The notes under the pieces are model-generated. The model was given only the letters and a program-made list of their open reading frames with translations. It did not search any database and was not told the DNA's origin. From contig CAWHXH010000006.1 of the NCBI GenBank assembly GCA_963833245.1, positions 183,693 to 247,692 of the forward strand: DNA of 64,000 nt, given 5' to 3'. Shown here piece after piece: positions 19,486 to 30,186 of the stretch. A program made the position numbers and the translations under genes. The stretch is from Pirellulaceae bacterium. GTDB lineage: Bacteria; Planctomycetota; Planctomycetia; Pirellulales; Pirellulaceae. The number at the start of each line of letters is the position of its first letter. The stretch's first letter is position 1.

Positions 19486-21450
19486 ATGCCCGTCACCCCC
19501 AGCCGTCGGCGATTTGCCGAATACCGAAAACGTCGCCGCGATGCCGCCTCGGAGCGGAAGTCCGCCGACCCGACCGAATCGGCCGAAAAACACTCCCGAA
19601 AGATCGGCACCCGCGAGCGATCGTTTTGGGAACTCTTTCGCGCCTTCCTCGGACTGATTGCGTCGCAAAAATCGCCGATCATCGGCGGCCTGGTCCTGAT
19701 GACGATCGGCATCGCCCTGCGGCTGATCCCGCCGCTTGGCACCAAACTGGCGATCGACAGCGTTCTGACGCGGCCGCCCAAACCGATGCCCGATTTTCTG
19801 GCGCAAATCACCGATCGTCTCGGCTACCCGTCGTTGACCGATCGACCGATGACGTTCCTGGTCGCGATTGCCGTCGTCGTCACCGTCGTGACGCTGACCG
19901 CGACGCTCATCAACCTCGCCGCGCGTTGGTTGTCGACCAAAGCGACCAACAAGGCCCAAGTCGCGATCCGGCGGCATGTTTTCGACCACGCCGTGCGGTT
20001 ACCGCTTCATAATGTTTATTCGATCAAATCGGGCGGGATGGCATCGCTGATCCGCGAAGACGCCGGCGGCGTCGCGGAGTTGATCTTCAGCATGTTGTAC
20101 AACCCCTGGCGAGCGATCGTCCAGTTCGGCGGCAGCCTCGTGATCCTCATGCTGGTCGATTGGAAATTGATGCTCGGCGGTTTGCTATTGTTGCCCGCCG
20201 TTTGGGTCACCCACCGAACATTCATCAATCGTGTTCGTCCGCTTTTTCGTGACGTTCGTCGTCAACGTCAACGCATCGATTCGGGGGCAACCGAAACGTT
20301 TGGCGGCATCCGCGTGGTGCGAACCTTTAGCCGCGCCCGCAGCGAATCGACCCGCTATGTCCAGGAGGGCGACTACCTCGTTCGTCAACAATTGCACACG
20401 TGGTGGTGGACCCGAATTATTGAAATCATCTGGGAGGTTTTGATCCCGCTCGCCTCGACCGGTCTGTTGCTCTACGGCGGTTATCAAATCATCAACGGTG
20501 AATTGACGCTTGGCGACCTTATGATGTTTTTGGTGTACCTCACCATGCTCCTGGATCCGCTGGCGACCATCGCCGGTTCGGCGGTGACGTTTCAAAACAA
20601 CCTGGCCGGGTTGGACCGAATCCTTGACGTCTTGGACATCGACGAGGAATTGCCCTCAACATCCTCCGCGACCGCGTTGTCGCCCCACGCTCCGGTCCAA
20701 GACCTATCGCTGCGTCAGGTGAGTTTTGCCTACCCCGGCAGCGAAACGAGGGTCCTGTCGGGCATCTCGCTGGACGTCCCGGCCGGCAGCACGGTGGCGT
20801 TGGTGGGCCGTTCGGGGGCGGGCAAGACAACGTTAACCAACCTGATCGCCCGGTTTTATGATCCCACCGCCGGGGCGATTCATTATGGCGACCGCGACCT
20901 GCGCGACATCACGCTGTCGAGCTACCGCTCGCTGCTGGGCATCGTCGAACAAGACGTGTTCTTGTTTGACGGCACGATTGCCGAAAATATTGCGTATGCC
21001 GCCCGACGAACCGACCGAGATTTGGTCGTCGACGCCGCTCGGGCGGCCGCGGCCGACGAGTTCATCCGCCGCCTTCCCGAGGGTTACGACACGTTGATCG
21101 GCGAGCGGGGCGTCAAGCTATCCGGCGGCCAGCGTCAACGGCTTGCGATCGCCCGCGCGATCCTCGCCGATCCCAAAATCTTGATCCTCGACGAAGCGAC
21201 CAGCAACCTGGATAGCGAATCGGAGCGTTTGATTCAAACGTCGCTGGCTGAACTATTACAAGGCCGCACGGCATTCGTGATTGCCCATCGTTTGTCAACG
21301 ATCACCGGAGCGGATTTGATCGTGGTGATGGAGGACGGCCGGATCATCGAAACCGGAACGCATCACGAACTGCTCGCCGCCGGCGGCAAGTACGGCGAAA
21401 TGGTCGCCCTGCAAATGACCGAATCCCCACTGGTTGGTGATCCCGCATGA
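19486..21450 (+). CDS. ABC transporter, fused permease/ATP-binding exporter (MsbA-like)
   Basis: Six-TM N-terminal domain, Walker A GRSGAGKTT, signature LSGGQRQRLAIARAIL, Walker B ILILDEAT. ATG at 19486; the track start at 19462 is TTG. Confidence 0.8.
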   Translation: MPVTPSRRRFAEYRKRRRDAASERKSADPTESAEKHSRKIGTRERSFWELFRAFLGLIASQKSPIIGGLVLMTIGIALRLIPPLGTKLAIDSVLTRPPKPMPDFLAQITDRLGYPSLTDRPMTFLVAIAVVVTVVTLTATLINLAARWLSTKATNKAQVAIRRHVFDHAVRLPLHNVYSIKSGGMASLIREDAGGVAELIFSMLYNPWRAIVQFGGSLVILMLVDWKLMLGGLLLLPAVWVTHRTFINRVRPLFRDVRRQRQRIDSGATETFGGIRVVRTFSRARSESTRYVQEGDYLVRQQLHTWWWTRIIEIIWEVLIPLASTGLLLYGGYQIINGELTLGDLMMFLVYLTMLLDPLATIAGSAVTFQNNLAGLDRILDVLDIDEELPSTSSATALSPHAPVQDLSLRQVSFAYPGSETRVLSGISLDVPAGSTVALVGRSGAGKTTLTNLIARFYDPTAGAIHYGDRDLRDITLSSYRSLLGIVEQDVFLFDGTIAENIAYAARRTDRDLVVDAARAAAADEFIRRLPEGYDTLIGERGVKLSGGQRQRLAIARAILADPKILILDEATSNLDSESERLIQTSLAELLQGRTAFVIAHRLSTITGADLIVVMEDGRIIETGTHHELLAAGGKYGEMVALQMTESPLVGDPA

Positions 21451-24400
21451 TCCTTTTTCGGATTGGACTGTTGATTTGCGCGTCAACCCTAATCGGGTGC
21501 AACCGTGAACATTCACCTGGCTCTGCCGCTGAATCGACTAAACGACCGCCATCCGTTTCTGACAACATGACGGATGCCATGCAAGATTTGGAAAATATGC
21601 TTTTGAATGAGCAATGGGACCGCGCATCGGCATTGGCGACCGAGTTACTCATCCGTCATCCCGGCGACAGTCGAGTATTGTTTCTACTGGCTCGCGTTCA
21701 GCACTTCAGCGGCAACGATTTGGACGCTGTCGAAACTCTGCAGGAAATTGATCTGTCCGATCCTGATTTTGGACTTTCGTCTCGCGCCCAGGCCGCCGGT
21801 TGGTTGGCTCAGCGCGGCATGCCGATAGAAGCTAAACGGTTGTATGAGGAAGCAATGTCGGCTTACCCCAACAATGAGCTGTTGCTTCATACAGCCGCTA
21901 AGTTTTACAACTCGGTCGGGTGGCGATATCGTGCCAACGACATTTTGGTTGATCTGCTGGGCCGTGCATTGGCGACCGAGCGAGAACTTCGGGCGATGCA
22001 TGATGTGACCAATTCATTTGCCGCAACCCAACATTCGCACGCGGCGCCGTTCGATGGCGTGCAGGGACCGCTCAGCGCGGCCCTCGGTTGCATTCACCGC
22101 CGTGAACCGGACGCTGCAATCGCGGAGATTCAACGGCTCGATAGCGTTGACGGATTCCAGAACGATCCCCTCGCGTGCAGTATTTTGGCTGCCGCCCACG
22201 CCGAGCGGCAAGACTATGAGCAGATGGCAATCGCGATTCGCCGGGGCGGGCCGCGAGTCGATCAGTTCCCTCTATATTGGCGAGCTTTGGGGGACTTTCA
22301 CCGCCAGGAGGGGCGGGTCGAATTTGGGCTGGATTGCTACGTTCAAGCCCTGCGTCTAGATAGCACCAGCGAGATCGTTCACGAACGACTGATGGCGGTG
22401 TTGCTGCAATCCGATCGGCCCGCCGAAGCGGTTCAGTTTGATAATCGCCGCGAATTGTTAGCCTCCGCCGGCCAATGTTTGGCGGCGATCGGTCCGGGAC
22501 AACCCGACGATGCGGAGGCTCTGTCCGACCTAGTTGGTGATTTGGAGTCCGCCGGCTACCCGCTGCAAGCCGCTCGCTGGGCCGAAATTGCCCTCCAGCG
22601 ACATCCGCAGATGGCGGACCCCGCCGTAGTTCGGACGCACATCCAACGTCTCCGCTCGATCCCGGAAGATGATATTGATGAACGTCAATTTTGCGGATTG
22701 ACCCAACCGCTCACCCAATTGCCCGAAGCGGTCGAGCGGGTGGGGCAATTGGAGCAGGCGGTGCTCGAAACGCCCAACAGTTCGATGACCCGGTTGGCCC
22801 CACTTGACCAGCCGGCCGCGTTGGTCGATCTGACCGATCGCTGGCAATTGAATCATCAGTATCGACCAGCGGCGGTGACCAAGGAGCGAAATTTTCAAAT
22901 CTATGAAGCCCTTGGTGGCGGCATTGCCGCTTTGGATTTCAATCTCGATGGCCGATTGGACCTCTACACCGCCCAGGCCGGGGGAACACCACCGGATGGC
23001 CCGTCCCAGTGGTCCGATCAGTTGTGGATACAACGCGATGAGAAATATCAGGCGGTGACCGAGGCCGCCGGTGTCGCCGAAGACCGATACACCGCCGGTG
23101 TCACCTCGGGCGACTTGAACGCCGATGGGTGGCCCGACTTGTTGATCGGCAACCTGGGTTCCAACCGCATCTTGATCAATCAGGGCGATGGTACCTTTAT
23201 TGATCAAACGCACCGCTACGGTTGGTCCGACGAGGCCGATGACTACACCATGGGTTTGGCCATCGCCGACGTCGATCGCGATGCCGTTGCTGATATTGTC
23301 GAGGTCAACTATGTCAACGATCCTTCGATGTATCAACCGGTTCGGATTGGTCCCGACGGTGTCTTCACCGTTTTGCAGGGACCGCTAATGTTCGACTCCA
23401 ATCCCGACTGTATCTGGCACCAATCCGACGATGGGATATTGAGTCGTCGGCAGTTGGGGGATCACCACGGCAATCGGGCGGCGTTTCAAGTCAATGCGTT
23501 GGACGAGTCCGCCCGACCCGGACTTGGTTTGATCGTCACCGACATCGATCAGCGGCCGGGAATCGAAATGTTCATTGCCAATGATGCCCGGCCCAACCAA
23601 CTTTGGGTCAGCCGAGAGGATGCCTGGGTCGACGTCGCCACCATCAGCGGCACGAGTGTCAGCGGGCGTGGCGAAGCGTCCGCCTGCATGGGGGTTGCCC
23701 TGGATGACTTTGACCTTAGCGGTCGAGAAGATCTGTTGATTACCAATTGGTATGATGAGTGGAACAACCTCTTTTCACAAACCGCCCCGCTGCAATTCGT
23801 CGACATCGCACCGCGTGTCGGCCTGGACCAACTGAGTCAACGCACCGTCGGATTCGGCTGTCAAAGCCTCGACTACAACAACGACGGGTGGCCCGATGTT
23901 TTGATTGTCAACGGACATGTCGACGATATGGAGGTTCGGGGTACCCGTTTTCGGATGCCGCCTCAACTGCTGGTCAATCGCGGAGGTACGTTCGAACTCG
24001 CCCGCCATCAAACCACGACCGAGGCGACGGCCGCTTATTGGCAAGGAGATCATGTCGGTCGTTGCCTGATCAAAGGCGATGTCGATCGCGATGGCCGCGT
24101 TGACGCCGTCGTTGCCGACCTGCTCGAACCGGTCAGGCTCTTGTTGAACGAAACGCCAACCGACGGTCATTGGATCCAATTGGAGACGGTGGGCGTCACC
24201 TGCGATCGAAACGCCATCGGCGCGGTCGTGACCGTTCGTCAAGGAGAGAATCAATGGACCCGGAGCGTCGCGACGGGCGACGGCTACCAAGGTCGCAACG
24301 AAGCCGCTTTACACTTCGGACTGGGGCCAGCCGACAGCGATGCCGAAGTCGAGATTCATTGGCCCGATGGGATGACTCAGACCTTCGACCGCGTGCCGTG

Positions 24401-24455
24401 CGACAAGAGATCGCTACTGATTCAAGGTCAAAACGATCCTTGGGTTCGTCACTGA
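21447..24455 (+). CDS. CRTAC1-family lipoprotein: N-terminal TPR region, FG-GAP/VCBS repeats, C-terminal ASPIC/UnbV domain
   Basis: Lipobox LLICASTLIGC; repeats FNLDGRLDLYT, DLNADGWPDLLIG and YNNDGWPDVLIVNGH; the UnbV-like C-terminus GAVVTVRQGENQWTRSVATGDGYQGRNEAALHFGLG. ATGA overlap with the upstream ABC gene. Confidence 0.75.
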   Translation: MILFRIGLLICASTLIGCNREHSPGSAAESTKRPPSVSDNMTDAMQDLENMLLNEQWDRASALATELLIRHPGDSRVLFLLARVQHFSGNDLDAVETLQEIDLSDPDFGLSSRAQAAGWLAQRGMPIEAKRLYEEAMSAYPNNELLLHTAAKFYNSVGWRYRANDILVDLLGRALATERELRAMHDVTNSFAATQHSHAAPFDGVQGPLSAALGCIHRREPDAAIAEIQRLDSVDGFQNDPLACSILAAAHAERQDYEQMAIAIRRGGPRVDQFPLYWRALGDFHRQEGRVEFGLDCYVQALRLDSTSEIVHERLMAVLLQSDRPAEAVQFDNRRELLASAGQCLAAIGPGQPDDAEALSDLVGDLESAGYPLQAARWAEIALQRHPQMADPAVVRTHIQRLRSIPEDDIDERQFCGLTQPLTQLPEAVERVGQLEQAVLETPNSSMTRLAPLDQPAALVDLTDRWQLNHQYRPAAVTKERNFQIYEALGGGIAALDFNLDGRLDLYTAQAGGTPPDGPSQWSDQLWIQRDEKYQAVTEAAGVAEDRYTAGVTSGDLNADGWPDLLIGNLGSNRILINQGDGTFIDQTHRYGWSDEADDYTMGLAIADVDRDAVADIVEVNYVNDPSMYQPVRIGPDGVFTVLQGPLMFDSNPDCIWHQSDDGILSRRQLGDHHGNRAAFQVNALDESARPGLGLIVTDIDQRPGIEMFIANDARPNQLWVSREDAWVDVATISGTSVSGRGEASACMGVALDDFDLSGREDLLITNWYDEWNNLFSQTAPLQFVDIAPRVGLDQLSQRTVGFGCQSLDYNNDGWPDVLIVNGHVDDMEVRGTRFRMPPQLLVNRGGTFELARHQTTTEATAAYWQGDHVGRCLIKGDVDRDGRVDAVVADLLEPVRLLLNETPTDGHWIQLETVGVTCDRNAIGAVVTVRQGENQWTRSVATGDGYQGRNEAALHFGLGPADSDAEVEIHWPDGMTQTFDRVPCDKRSLLIQGQNDPWVRH

Positions 24456-24654
24456 ACCACTTCACGTTCCGCGATTGCCGCCGCCGAGTCGCTACCCCGC
24501 GAAAATCACCTTAAAAAACCGCTTCGGGCGCGGAATGAACCATTGCGTTGGGTGTCGCGTTGATTTAGGCTGGCGGTCTTCCCGGCGTCCAAGACACGAC
24601 GCTGGTGATTTCAAACCTTTCTCTTCCTAGTTTGTCGCCGAGGCGAAGCAGTTC

Positions 24655-25929
24655 ATGTTGAAACTTTTAAAAAAACGTTCAAACGCGGGTTTTACTCTCG
24701 TTGAACTCCTGGTGGTCATCGCGATCATCGGGGTATTGGTGGGGCTGTTGCTCCCCGCCGTCCAGGCGGCACGCGAAGCGGCCCGTCGGATGAGTTGCAG
24801 CAACAACTTCAAGCAGATCGGACTCGGTCTGCACAACTACCACGCTGCGTTTAATCTGTTGCCCCAGCATTACGCCGGACCGCACGTTCGTGGCATTTGG
24901 TTCGCCGAAAACCGACTGGAGAATGCCCACGGCAAGCTTTCCTACCTCGTTGGCCTCTTGCCCTTCGTTGAGCAACAAGCCTTGTGGGAGCAAATCAATA
25001 ACCCCGGCGACATCGGGCTAGCCGTCAATGGCGGCGGTACGGGGTTGTTCCCCGCCATGGGCCCCTCGCCCGACACCGATCCGGGCGGCAACCAACGGGG
25101 CGGTCGTAATTACAAACCTTGGTTCACCGAAATTCCGATGCTTCGCTGCCCCAGCGATCCGGGCATTGGTCTGCCGGCTCAGGGTCGAACCAACTACGCT
25201 GCTTGCGTTGGAGATTCAATCGACCAGATGCATCAAGGTGGTGGACGCAATACCAACACCGGTTTGTGGCCCGAGAGCGAAGGGCGTGCGTCGCGGGCCC
25301 GTGGGTCTAACCGTGGCGTCTTCGAGCCTTACCGCGCTGCGTCGTTCAAGGACATTCTAGACGGTTTGGCCAACACCATTGCCGCCGGTGAAATCGCTAC
25401 CCACCTTGGCGACCGCGATGTGCGAACCGATCCGGCGGTCAGTGTCAACATCCAGCCGGAAGTTGCCAATACCGGGATGCGTTTGGACGCCTGCGATGGC
25501 AACATCGATCAGAGCCGACCGCAATTTTGGCAGGCGGGCATCGATACCCTTTCGGCCAATGCCAGCGGGACGGATACTTGGCGAAACCGCAATGCTCGTG
25601 GTTTCATGTGGGCCAATGCTGCGGTTACCTGCTCGGCCTTCGGAACGACGCGTCCGCCGAACAAAGCGACCTGCATCGGTTGGCGCGGTCTGTCGGAACC
25701 AGGCGCGCTGTCCACCTCCAGCCGCCACCAGGGCGGAACACACGTGTTGATGGCTGACGGTGCAGTGAAATTTATCACTGACTCGATTGAAGCGGGCAAC
25801 CAAAACGCCCTGTCCGTTAAAGTCGGCAATACCGTTCCCAACCCCGTGCCCGGAGACAAGAGTCCTTATGGTCTCTGGGGTTCATTAGGTACCAAGGCGA
25901 GCAAGGAAGTTATCGAGGCTCAGTTCTAA
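24655..25929 (+). CDS. DUF1559 domain protein with type IV pilin-like N-terminal cleavage/methylation motif
   Basis: [57 protein letters not shown] is the hallmark N-terminus of the planctomycete DUF1559 family. Confidence 0.85.
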   Translation: MLKLLKKRSNAGFTLVELLVVIAIIGVLVGLLLPAVQAAREAARRMSCSNNFKQIGLGLHNYHAAFNLLPQHYAGPHVRGIWFAENRLENAHGKLSYLVGLLPFVEQQALWEQINNPGDIGLAVNGGGTGLFPAMGPSPDTDPGGNQRGGRNYKPWFTEIPMLRCPSDPGIGLPAQGRTNYAACVGDSIDQMHQGGGRNTNTGLWPESEGRASRARGSNRGVFEPYRAASFKDILDGLANTIAAGEIATHLGDRDVRTDPAVSVNIQPEVANTGMRLDACDGNIDQSRPQFWQAGIDTLSANASGTDTWRNRNARGFMWANAAVTCSAFGTTRPPNKATCIGWRGLSEPGALSTSSRHQGGTHVLMADGAVKFITDSIEAGNQNALSVKVGNTVPNPVPGDKSPYGLWGSLGTKASKEVIEAQF

Positions 25930-25962
25930 TCTTTCCAGCCTGACTCTCAACTGTTTCACCGT

Positions 25963-25998
25963 CCTTCACCAGCTCACTGTTGGTGAAGGATTTTTTAT
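25963..25998 (+). terminator. intrinsic terminator (9-bp stem, T-rich tail)
   Basis: CCTTCACCA-gctcactgt-TGGTGAAGG followed by ATTTTTTATT, 34 nt after the DUF1559 stop. Confidence 0.6.
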
Positions 25999-26027
25999 TC
26001 AAAACACTTCACCACAAGAATTAAACC

Positions 26028-26201
26028 ATGTTAAAAATCTTTTGTCGCTCTGCGTTCTTCACCCTTGTTTTAGCCGCTGTGACGGGCTGCCCCTCGCAAC
26101 CAGCTGGGGTTGTCGCCGATCCGGACGAGATTGAGCAGTACACCACTCCCGAAAGCTACGATCCGGCTTCGGACGGAAGCCCCGCTAACGCCGGTCGTTG
26201 A
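26028..26201 (+). CDS. small putative lipoprotein (57 aa)
   Basis: MLKIFCRSAFFTLVLAAVTGCPSQP... has a lipobox (VTGC) after a hydrophobic h-region; below the length cutoff of the ORF track. Confidence 0.4.
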   Translation: MLKIFCRSAFFTLVLAAVTGCPSQPAGVVADPDEIEQYTTPESYDPASDGSPANAGR

Positions 26202-26347
26202 CGCTCGATTCCGTCACCGAAGCAGCCGATTGCCAGTGTCGCCCGATCGCGACACGGGCGGGTTCCGCAAGTCCAATGGATGCTTAGGACCGTGAGATCA
26301 ACAACTGACGGGTTCGGCCAGTTCCTCTAGGCTGCGGGGAAGTCTGA

Positions 26348-26986
26348 CTAACCATTGCCCAACGGCTCGACGAACCGACCCGTCCGATGGTCGGTTTTGG
26401 CACCGAAGCCATTGATTTCGACGGTGACGGGTGGCACGAGTTGGTCGTCGCCAACGGTCACGTCGATCCGCCCACGCGAGCACAGGATTCGCCCTATCGC
26501 CAACCGCTTCAAGTCTTTGGTCATGTCGCGGCTAACCGTTATGAACTTCTGCCCCGCGCACCGGACAGCTATGCCGCGACCGATCACGTCGCCCGTGCGT
26601 TGTTAAGTGCCGATGTCAATGGTGATCTTCGGGATGATCTACTCATCACCCACCAAACCGAACCGGTCGCGCTATTGATCAATCAATCACCTGACCAAAA
26701 TCATCGCATCGCCTTCCGACTGGTCGGCGTTCATTGTGCTCGCGAGGCGATCGGCACCCGGGTGACGGTCCGTCGCGGCGGACGTCGCTGGACCGAATCG
26801 CTGACCGCCGGCAGCGGTTACCTGTGCCATAACGAACGAGTGTTACGTCTGGGGTTGGGTGGCGACGACCAACCCGTGGATGTCACGATCCTCTGGCCCG
26901 GTGGCCGCGAACAAACCCACCGTCGACTCTCGCCCGACCGATCCTGGTTGCTCGTCGAGGATCAACCTCCATTCGAGCTGGATTGA
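26348..26986 (+). pseudogene. truncated CRTAC1/ASPIC-UnbV paralog (C-terminal about 200 aa only)
   Basis: FDGDGWHELVVANGHVD...GTRVTVRRGGRRWTESLTAGSGYLCHNERVLRLGLG is homologous to the last about 200 aa of the 1,002-aa CRTAC1 gene at 21447..24455. An in-frame stop lies at 26345..26347 with no N-terminal region upstream. Confidence 0.55.
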
Positions 26987-27078
26987 TTGACTAACTCGAA
27001 TCCGCGACTGAGCTGTTGTCCGAATTAGGCGACAGTTTTGGCGTCAAATGACAGCATTGCTCGATCGCGGCAGCTTCG

Positions 27079-27762
27079 TCAGGCGGCGCGGCGGGTGGCG
27101 TCCCCCCGACGAACCCACCGTTGACCGTCGTGAACGTGGATGGCGGTTTGGTCATGACGCAGTTTAGACGTCGCGGCGGTCGCATCCCACTGGTTGGCCC
27201 ATTGGGAATCGGCGATCAACACCACGTCAGCGCGGCCGATTCGGTGGGCCAAATTGACGACGGCCCGGTCGATCGGCTCGGGCACGATTTGCGGCCGGAC
27301 GGCGATGCCCCGCAGTTGCGAGTGCAGCGATTTGAGCGGCAATCCGCCACCGGCCTCGAATGAATCGACAATCGCGACGATCGGCGCGGTTTGACGATCG
27401 ATAAACGCGTTGGAGATCGCCGCGAGCAGATCGGCGGCAAAGCTTCCGTCACCGGCACCGACCAAAACCACCCGGCCGGGACGTGACAGATTCTTCAAAT
27501 CGGCGACCCACCCGGCAATCATCGGGTCCGGCTTGCCGCGCCGCGTCGACGGTTGTCTCAGCGACGCCGTGGTTTCAACGGCGATGGTTTGCGGAGCGAC
27601 TCGCAATGGTCGAACGCCCCCCGCCGCTGGTGCGGTCGTCGGCACTTTCGGTTCTGTCGTAGCCGCCGGCGGCGCCCCCCCGAGCAGCGATCGAAAAAGT
27701 CCTTTCAATGACATCTTGAGTGTTCTCCCAGTCGCAACGAAGCCGGCGTCCGGTTTGGACAT
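27079..27762 (-). CDS. hypothetical protein (possible secreted/Rossmann-like), start uncertain (27714 or 27762)
   Basis: ORF with conserved-looking core VVLVGAGDGSFAADLLAAISNAFIDRQTAPIVAIVDSFEAGGG; the N-terminal 100 codons of the track ORF are rejected. Confidence 0.35.
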   Translation of the reverse strand: MSKPDAGFVATGRTLKMSLKGLFRSLLGGAPPAATTEPKVPTTAPAAGGVRPLRVAPQTIAVETTASLRQPSTRRGKPDPMIAGWVADLKNLSRPGRVVLVGAGDGSFAADLLAAISNAFIDRQTAPIVAIVDSFEAGGGLPLKSLHSQLRGIAVRPQIVPEPIDRAVVNLAHRIGRADVVLIADSQWANQWDATAATSKLRHDQTAIHVHDGQRWVRRGDATRRAA

Positions 27763-27879
27763 CGGAAATCCGTCACCGGTGGGATGACCCGCCAAAGTCG
27801 ATGTGGGATTAGGCAAGATTGGTAAATCAAAGGTAGGGTTGCCCAGACGCTGCGCCGCCGCCCCAACCGCCACCCGCCG

Positions 27880-30084
27880 ATGAAACCCCCAGCCCCGCCG
27901 ATGAAACCCCCAGCCCCGCCGATCACCCCCGACTCGCTCGACGCCCGCGGCGGACGGGTCCAGCGGTGCGAGCCGCGGTTGGCACTGTCGGTCACGCCAA
28001 TCGCCGAAGCGCTGCTGCCTTGGGGGGATTTTTGCGATGCGACGCATGAAATCGATGGGGCTTATCAGACCGATGCGGCCGATGCGACCGAAGTTCAAAC
28101 GCAGTCGCTAGGCGGGGCCGAACTCGATGTCCATCGTGGGCTGCCCGCCGGTGCGATTGGGCTGGGGGAGCCTTTGTCGACCGCCCGCCGGTTGGATGGC
28201 ACGGGTCAAACGCTGGCGGTGATCGATTCGGGGATCGCCTATGACCACGTCGCGCTGGGCGGCGGTTTTGGTCCCGGTTTTCGCGTCGTCGGCGGGTTTG
28301 ATTTTGCCGAAAACGATGCTGATCCGTATGACGACGGCCCGGTCGGTTTCCACGGAACTCATGTTGCCGGGATCGCCGCGGGGATGGGCGTGGCACTTGA
28401 CGGGACCGATTTGACCGGGGTCGCGCCGGGGGCGGATTTGGTCGCCCTGCGTGTGTTTGATGATTTCGGCCGGGGCGAGTTGGCGTGGGTTGAATCTGCC
28501 CTGCAGTGGGTCCATGACAACCAGGACGCGTTTGAAAATCCGATCACGACGGTCAACCTGTCGATCGGTGCCGACATCGCCGCGGACGGGCAAACGCTGT
28601 CGATCCTTGACGATGAACTGGCGGCGCTGCGAGAGGACAATATTCTGGTTTTCGCCGCGACCGGAAACGGATTCGGGTCGCTGCCGGGCGATCGGTTGTC
28701 GGAGATCCTCTATCCGGCGTCGAGCGAACTGACCGTCGCGACCGGTTCGATTGATTCCACAGGGTTGCTGAGCCAATTCTCCCAGCGGACCGACGGCGTG
28801 TTGTTGGCGCCCGGCGAATCGATCACCGGGCCGATCCCGCAACACGTCTTGGGACCCGACGGGTACGCCGACGCTTACACGCAATTGACCGGCACCAGCC
28901 AAGCGAACCCGCAAATCGCCGCGGCGTCGATGTTGGTTCGCCAATCGCTCGTCGACGCGGGGATCGAACCGACCGCCGACGCGATTTTGGGCCGGCTACG
29001 CGGAACGGCGATCGAAGTGGACGATCCGTTGACCGGAACGACCAGCTACCGGATCGACATCGATGCGGCGATCGCCGGACCTGCCGGCGGGGCGATCCCG
29101 ACGACGGTTGCTCCAGCGTCTCGCTGGGTCGGGTTGGCCGATTCGGAAACCGCGGTGCTGGACGTTTCCGACCCCGCCGCCGCGTTTCTGACCATCGGTG
29201 ACCGGCGGATCGATTTGGTCGTCGACGCTTCGGGTCAAATTCAACTTGATGCCGGTGGCGGAGGCGATTCGCTGCGGATCGTCGGTGGACCGGCCTCGGA
29301 GATGGCGACGCTGCGGCCCGGCGACACCTCGACGCTGCGTTACCCCGGCGGGGAGATTCAAATCGGCGGTTTCGAAACGATCGCGATCACCGGCGGCGGC
29401 GGTTCGGACCGCGTCGCGATGCACGATTCGGCCGGCAACGACGTGTTTCGCGGCGGCAACGCAACGGCAACGCTGAGCGGGGCAGGCTTTAGCTTTAAAG
29501 TGGACGGATTCGACCATATCACGACTCATTCGACCGGCGCGGGCAACGATACCGTCCACTTTTCCGACACCGCGGGCGACGACCGGCTGGCGATTCGGCC
29601 CGGTTTCAGCTCCATTCGCGGTTCGGGCAAATTTGTCGCCGCGTTCGGTTTTGACCGCGTGACCGCCTACGCGACCGCCGGCGGAATCGACACGGCGGAT
29701 TTGGCCGACAGCTCCGGGGACGACGTGATGTCGATCTCCACCGGCCGGGCGACGATCAGCAGTCACGGCTACCGGGCGTCAGCGATCGGATTCGACAACA
29801 TCACCGCCGAAGCGTCGCGGGGCGGCATGGATACGGTCAATGTTTACGTCGACGCTCCCGGCGGAACGTGGCATTCGACCGACACGTTGACGCAGTGGAA
29901 CGGTGCCGACGGGACCCGGCGGATCGCCCGCGGGTTTGAGGTTGCCAATACGCATGAAACGTTCGCCGGCAACGATGCGGCCCAACGATCGGTCCCCACC
30001 GCGGTCCAGTCGTGGCAGGCGGCGTTGGCCGAACTGGACCCCGAGCGCGCCCCGGCGACGCAGCGATCGAGCCTGCGGGGTTAG
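27880..30084 (+). CDS. subtilisin-like serine peptidase (S8 family) with C-terminal Gly/Asp-rich repeat domain
   Basis: Catalytic triad motifs AVIDSGIAYDH (Asp), HGTHVAGIAAG (His) and GTSQANPQIAAASMLV (Ser). The N-terminus has a 21-nt tandem duplication encoding MKPPAPP twice. Confidence 0.8.
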   Translation: MKPPAPPMKPPAPPITPDSLDARGGRVQRCEPRLALSVTPIAEALLPWGDFCDATHEIDGAYQTDAADATEVQTQSLGGAELDVHRGLPAGAIGLGEPLSTARRLDGTGQTLAVIDSGIAYDHVALGGGFGPGFRVVGGFDFAENDADPYDDGPVGFHGTHVAGIAAGMGVALDGTDLTGVAPGADLVALRVFDDFGRGELAWVESALQWVHDNQDAFENPITTVNLSIGADIAADGQTLSILDDELAALREDNILVFAATGNGFGSLPGDRLSEILYPASSELTVATGSIDSTGLLSQFSQRTDGVLLAPGESITGPIPQHVLGPDGYADAYTQLTGTSQANPQIAAASMLVRQSLVDAGIEPTADAILGRLRGTAIEVDDPLTGTTSYRIDIDAAIAGPAGGAIPTTVAPASRWVGLADSETAVLDVSDPAAAFLTIGDRRIDLVVDASGQIQLDAGGGGDSLRIVGGPASEMATLRPGDTSTLRYPGGEIQIGGFETIAITGGGGSDRVAMHDSAGNDVFRGGNATATLSGAGFSFKVDGFDHITTHSTGAGNDTVHFSDTAGDDRLAIRPGFSSIRGSGKFVAAFGFDRVTAYATAGGIDTADLADSSGDDVMSISTGRATISSHGYRASAIGFDNITAEASRGGMDTVNVYVDAPGGTWHSTDTLTQWNGADGTRRIARGFEVANTHETFAGNDAAQRSVPTAVQSWQAALAELDPERAPATQRSSLRG

Positions 30085-30096
30085 ATTGCGCCTCTA

Positions 30097-30163
30097 CCGT
30101 CGCGGAAGTCGCCAAGACTTTCGGCGGCGATCCGGGAAATCCGAAAGTCTTGGCGACTTTCGC
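30097..30163. repeat. REP/BIME-like inverted pair, family A
   Basis: CGCGGAAGTCGCCAAGACTTTCGG ... CCGAAAGTCTTGGCGACTTTCGC, with about 24-bp arms and a 16-nt spacer. Confidence 0.8.
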
Positions 30164-30186
30164 TCCCCCCTCTCAAGGAACGTCCG

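Noticed and set aside
22530-24290. Minus-strand ORFs (268 and 171 aa) inside the CRTAC1 gene
   Set aside because: Antisense shadows of a gene with strong FG-GAP/UnbV signatures.
26110-26295. 61-aa ORF between the mini-lipoprotein and the CRTAC1 fragment
   Set aside because: Arg/Ser/Pro-rich with no features and overlaps the lipoprotein ORF; likely spurious, though the region may hold degraded remnants of the truncated gene.
28108-29766. Minus-strand ORFs (278 and 256 aa) inside the S8 peptidase gene
   Set aside because: Antisense; Arg-rich; the peptidase catalytic triad is on the plus strand.
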